From contig JALGVI010000008.1 of NCBI GenBank assembly GCA_029838215.1, forward strand, positions 1 through 61,870: a DNA stretch of 61,870 nt. The letters are read 5' to 3'. The notes under the pieces are model-generated. The model was given only the letters and a program-made list of their open reading frames with translations. It was not told where the DNA came from and did no database searches. Shown in pieces: positions 58,942 through 61,870 of the stretch. Source of the stretch: Candidatus Helarchaeota archaeon (GTDB taxonomy: Archaea; Asgardarchaeota; Lokiarchaeia; Helarchaeales; RDOG01). The position numbers and the translations under genes are program-made. How positions within the stretch are numbered: the first letter of the stretch is position 1; each line of letters starts with the position of its first letter.

Positions 58942-59340
58942 CTAGTGAGTCTCGCCATTTTTCCTTTCTCCTCTTTTCATTTCTTCATATTGACCCTTCA
59001 ATAAGCGGATTTGGAACCTCCAAAACTCTGCCGAAGTCATGAACCCCGCCTTTTTTAAGCACTCCTTAAATTCCATGTTCACGTCCTCTGGAACCGTAAA
59101 AGAATACATCTTCCACTCGATTTCGGGCGAATCTCGACACTCTCGAATGAATTCCTTGATTGTCGCATGAATCCACTTCGAAATTTTCGTATGATCTTTT
59201 TTTATCGCCCGAACTAACGCTTTCAAATCTAATTCTTTGGGAATCTTAAACCCATTCTTGACTTTTTCAGGCTGATTTTCGACCTTAATGGGTTCTGAAA
59301 TGAAGAAGTCCTTCAAGGATTTATGTCGTTTAGAATCCAC
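58942..59340 (-). CDS. Tandem ribbon-helix-helix protein
   Basis: GFKIPKELD...ISKWIHATIKEFI and YSFTVPEDVNMEF...TSAEFWRFQIRLL. Confidence 0.6.
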   Translation of the reverse strand: MDSKRHKSLKDFFISEPIKVENQPEKVKNGFKIPKELDLKALVRAIKKDHTKISKWIHATIKEFIRECRDSPEIEWKMYSFTVPEDVNMEFKECLKKAGFMTSAEFWRFQIRLLKGQYEEMKRGERKNGETH

Positions 59341-59522
59341 GTGTGAAATTTTTCATCAACTCCTAACGCGATGTGCGTTAAAATAATCTTCAGAAGGTAT
59401 TTTTCCCGCATTAATCAAAACCTCCCTCTCTCTTTTAAAAGAGTTAGTTGTAAAATCATTGGTAAAATTATGAAATTCTAATAAAAGAACTTTGCATTAT
59501 GTCCATTATGAAAAAGTAATGA

Positions 59523-59550
59523 AATAGTAAGCATTAAATAGTAAGCATTA
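59523..59550. repeat. Perfect tandem 14-bp direct repeat AATAGTAAGCATTA x2
   Basis: 59523-59536 and 59537-59550 identical; degenerate third copy follows. Confidence 0.85.
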
Positions 59551-59600
59551 TATAGTCTGCTAAAGATTACTTAAATCAAAATAAGCGTGGGGATAATTTT

Positions 59601-60533
59601 TTGATGCGAAAAAATTTAGCGATAACTTGTGAATCGATTTGGCAAGAATGGGCAAGTGCTTTTGAATTATCGTTTAAAAAGGGAAGCATGGATCCAGCAA
59701 TTTTCAAGAAGCTACGGTGTTTAGACTGTCCAGCACTAAATCATAAAAATCTAAGACCTCCTGCATATGGAATGAATGATGAACTTGCTGATGCATATAA
59801 AAGTATTGTAGTGTTTAATGAACCGATGGATTATACGGATCCTGATGATACTCTTTACGAAAATTTGACCGAAGCACTTATTAATCGCTCCAGCACCTAC
59901 GAACAATTCATGGCACCGCTAAGAGCTACTAATTCATTTCAAAACATGGAAACCATTAAAGAGGTCGAGACGATTCTCAAAGACCTGCAAAATAAGATCT
60001 TTTATCCTGCCTACTACACGAATGCGGTTAAATGTTATGATGAAGCGGTTAAAGATAAGAAGACTAAGATTAAAGAAGCCCTCGAACATTGTTATGATTA
60101 TTTCATTCGAGAGCTGAAAGTCATCGATTCACCAGTTGTTCTTACATTTGGAAATGCCAGCTACCTGTTAATGCAAAAACTATACGAAGATGAACTTCGA
60201 GCTGGGAACTTTCAGTTTGAGCTAAGTCCTGTGGAGAATCCGAGTGGATGGCCCCTATCTAAATCGAAATTTAGTTCAAATCACACGAATATTATAATCA
60301 TTGAAGATAATTTGCAGGGGCAATTTAAAAAGAGAATTTGGGGGGTATTTCTTCACTCCGTTCCATATAGAGCGAGTGCGAACATTAAAGGTGTTAAAAC
60401 TGACCTTCTCGAGAAGGTGAGCAACAGGACGCATAAGCCAGATCCAGAACTAGAAGGCGTAGAGTTCTATCGTGATTCAGTGCGGACCACGCTGCTCGAA
60501 ATAAAGGAATTAATTCCAAAAGTACAACTTTAA
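59601..60533 (+). CDS. Uracil-DNA glycosylase superfamily-like protein
   Basis: YYTNAVKC...EALEHCYDYFIRELKVIDSPVVLTFGN and late FLH match the UDG family-4/5-like core. Confidence 0.65.
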   Translation: MMRKNLAITCESIWQEWASAFELSFKKGSMDPAIFKKLRCLDCPALNHKNLRPPAYGMNDELADAYKSIVVFNEPMDYTDPDDTLYENLTEALINRSSTYEQFMAPLRATNSFQNMETIKEVETILKDLQNKIFYPAYYTNAVKCYDEAVKDKKTKIKEALEHCYDYFIRELKVIDSPVVLTFGNASYLLMQKLYEDELRAGNFQFELSPVENPSGWPLSKSKFSSNHTNIIIIEDNLQGQFKKRIWGVFLHSVPYRASANIKGVKTDLLEKVSNRTHKPDPELEGVEFYRDSVRTTLLEIKELIPKVQL

Positions 60534-60672
60534 TTAAAAAAAGGAGTAGAGTTATTTTCTCTCGGTGGCATTTTGGACTTTATCAACCGTCCTTTGATAC
60601 CAAGAGAATAGATCTCCATCATCAGATAATTCCATGGGAAGATTCTCAACAAATTTTCTTTTGGAAGGAATG

Positions 60673-61113
60673 CTAATAACCGTGGACATGGATTTTCCCC
60701 CAAAAAATGATTTTCATGACACACCGAGCTTGAATGGTGCGTGACCAATCGCAGAAAATGAACCAAGGTACGAAAAGTACCTGACAAAGAATTTCAAACA
60801 TGAAATTTTGGCGGTATAGTAGTAAAGATATTGTAGAAATACAACTGAGGGCGAAGTTAAAACTGAGGAGACAAGATATTCCATATTTCTTGTTTAATAT
60901 ATAATTCTTTATTTCATTTTCAGTTAAATTAAAGGTAAGAATTATTGATATTCCAAGAATAAATAGACAAAAAAAAATCAAAGAAAAGAATCCCGGATTA
61001 AGAAAAGAAATTAATAAAAATACCATAAAGAAAAAGGAAGCACTAAATATAAATGCTCCACATATGTATCGAATTAATTTCTCCTTATCCATAATACTTT
61101 TCCTTTGACTCAT
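60673..61113 (-). CDS. Small membrane protein (~4 TM)
   Basis: Hydrophobic 146 aa ORF. Confidence 0.5.
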   Translation of the reverse strand: MSQRKSIMDKEKLIRYICGAFIFSASFFFMVFLLISFLNPGFFSLIFFCLFILGISIILTFNLTENEIKNYILNKKYGISCLLSFNFALSCISTISLLLYRQNFMFEILCQVLFVPWFIFCDWSRTIQARCVMKIIFWGKIHVHGY

Positions 61114-61114
61114 A

Positions 61115-61594
61115 TCACCATTTGTCCTTATTTTTTTGATAATAGAAGTAAAAGCTAATACTGAGAACGGAAGAGAATAAAATAATAATAATAACGAATA
61201 TCATATTGAGTAGATATAAATCGATCCCGAAAAACGGTAATAAGGGATCGCGAATCCAAGGAAGAAAGATATTGAAACTTGAGAATGACGCAAATAAAAT
61301 CAAAAAACTTAGGCAAACCCATCCGAATTGACCCTTGGAAGTCCAAAACTGAAACCGTGATTTTCGTTCTCCTTTAGGAACTCGAAATAAAACATCAATA
61401 AAAAATAACATTATTAAATTGAAATATAGAGCAATGCACCAACCCACCGTTATTGAAGTTTTAGAAATGAAGGGAGGTATCAGATCAGGGCGAGAATAAA
61501 CCACAGAAAGAATAATGAGTGGAATAATAAGAACTATAATACAAATGAAAATACTGATGTCTAATGGTGTCATTCTTCGTTTCTTTTTTTCCAT
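61115..61594 (-). CDS. Small membrane protein (~4 TM)
   Basis: Hydrophobic 159 aa ORF, 1 nt from neighbour. Confidence 0.55.
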   Translation of the reverse strand: MEKKKRRMTPLDISIFICIIVLIIPLIILSVVYSRPDLIPPFISKTSITVGWCIALYFNLIMLFFIDVLFRVPKGERKSRFQFWTSKGQFGWVCLSFLILFASFSSFNIFLPWIRDPLLPFFGIDLYLLNMIFVIIIILFSSVLSISFYFYYQKNKDKW

Positions 61595-61644
61595 TCTAAC
61601 ACATTCTAATTTTCTCTATCCTATCTTGATGCAAATTATCTCTG

Positions 61645-61785
61645 CTAAGAGGGAGGAAATGGTGGCTCAAAAATAAAGAAGGAAATTATAGTTAATAAAA
61701 TCATTGCAACCTCGACTCCTGCAATTAGACCAGCGATTGAACAAATTGCACCGATTTTTTTTCTTTGGACAAACTTGGACAACAC
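61645..61785 (-). CDS. Possible 46-aa single-TM protein
   Basis: Manual translation VLSKFVQRKKIGAICSIAGLIAGVEVAMILLTIISFFIFEPPFPPS; GTG/TTG start. Confidence 0.3.
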   Translation of the reverse strand: MLSKFVQRKKIGAICSIAGLIAGVEVAMILLTIISFFIFEPPFPPS

Positions 61786-61800
61786 CCGTAAAGAATGTTT

Positions 61801-61870
61801 CCTAGCGTCTTCGTGGGGCGGATCGGCACGCCCCGGGCGTGCTGGTGAGTGTCAGGTGACTTCACGGAGC
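61801..61870. ncRNA. GC-rich structured segment truncated by window edge (possible stable RNA, e.g. SRP RNA 5' Alu domain)
   Basis: Abrupt GC rise; GGGGCG/CGCCCC hairpin and CTTCGT/ACGGAG closing helix. Confidence 0.3.

Larger units (their letters stand above)
52444..61594. mobile_element. Accessory/defence island (probable degenerate integrated element)
   Basis: Lower GC (spot counts of 60-nt lines ~27-30%), nuclease and RHH content, many unrecognisable ORFs; no integrase or att repeat seen in window. Confidence 0.45.

Noticed and set aside
61825-61870. 5' half of tRNA-Sec (GGCACGCCC..TGGT..CTTCA spacing resembles the methanococcal tRNA-Sec)
   Set aside because: Weak D-stem, C at position 37, no anticodon-stem partner in view, and a stronger competing hairpin; cannot be supported without downstream sequence.
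1-61870. CRISPR array, rRNA genes, IS transposases, and the many short antisense or alternate-frame ORFs in the track
   Set aside because: No regularly spaced repeats, rRNA signatures or transposase motifs seen; the short ORFs overlap well-supported genes and lack motifs.

Overview
AT-rich archaeal chromosome segment, most likely from an Asgard archaeon (Loki-/Helarchaeia-like; inferred from gene content). Supporting genes are two Ras-superfamily small GTPases, a JAMM/MPN protein, two longin-like membrane proteins, aIF-1A, an intron-containing tRNA-His and archaeal-type thiolase/DUF35. About 1-52 kb is mostly metabolic and housekeeping: acyl-CoA ligases, radical SAM enzymes, CitG, geranylgeranyl reductase-like, hisF/hisI/hisS, UvrC, K+ channel, ThDP enzyme, methanogenesis marker 16-like. 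A small RadA-like cassette is inserted near tRNA-His. About 52.4-61.6 kb is a lower-GC accessory island. It carries a co-oriented gene string (tandem RHH, multi-wHTH-like, unknown, HNH-like, nuclease-STAND NTPase) and a divergent UDG-superfamily gene, read here as a candidate undescribed defence module. Other notable signals: a Rab-like GTPase with a RhoA-like insert, a JAMM-PCI fusion, a structured RNA upstream of the other GTPase, and a tRNA-His with eukaryote-like A73 and no encoded G-1. No CRISPR array, rRNA or integrase was seen. All family calls come from motif recognition by eye; no database search was run.
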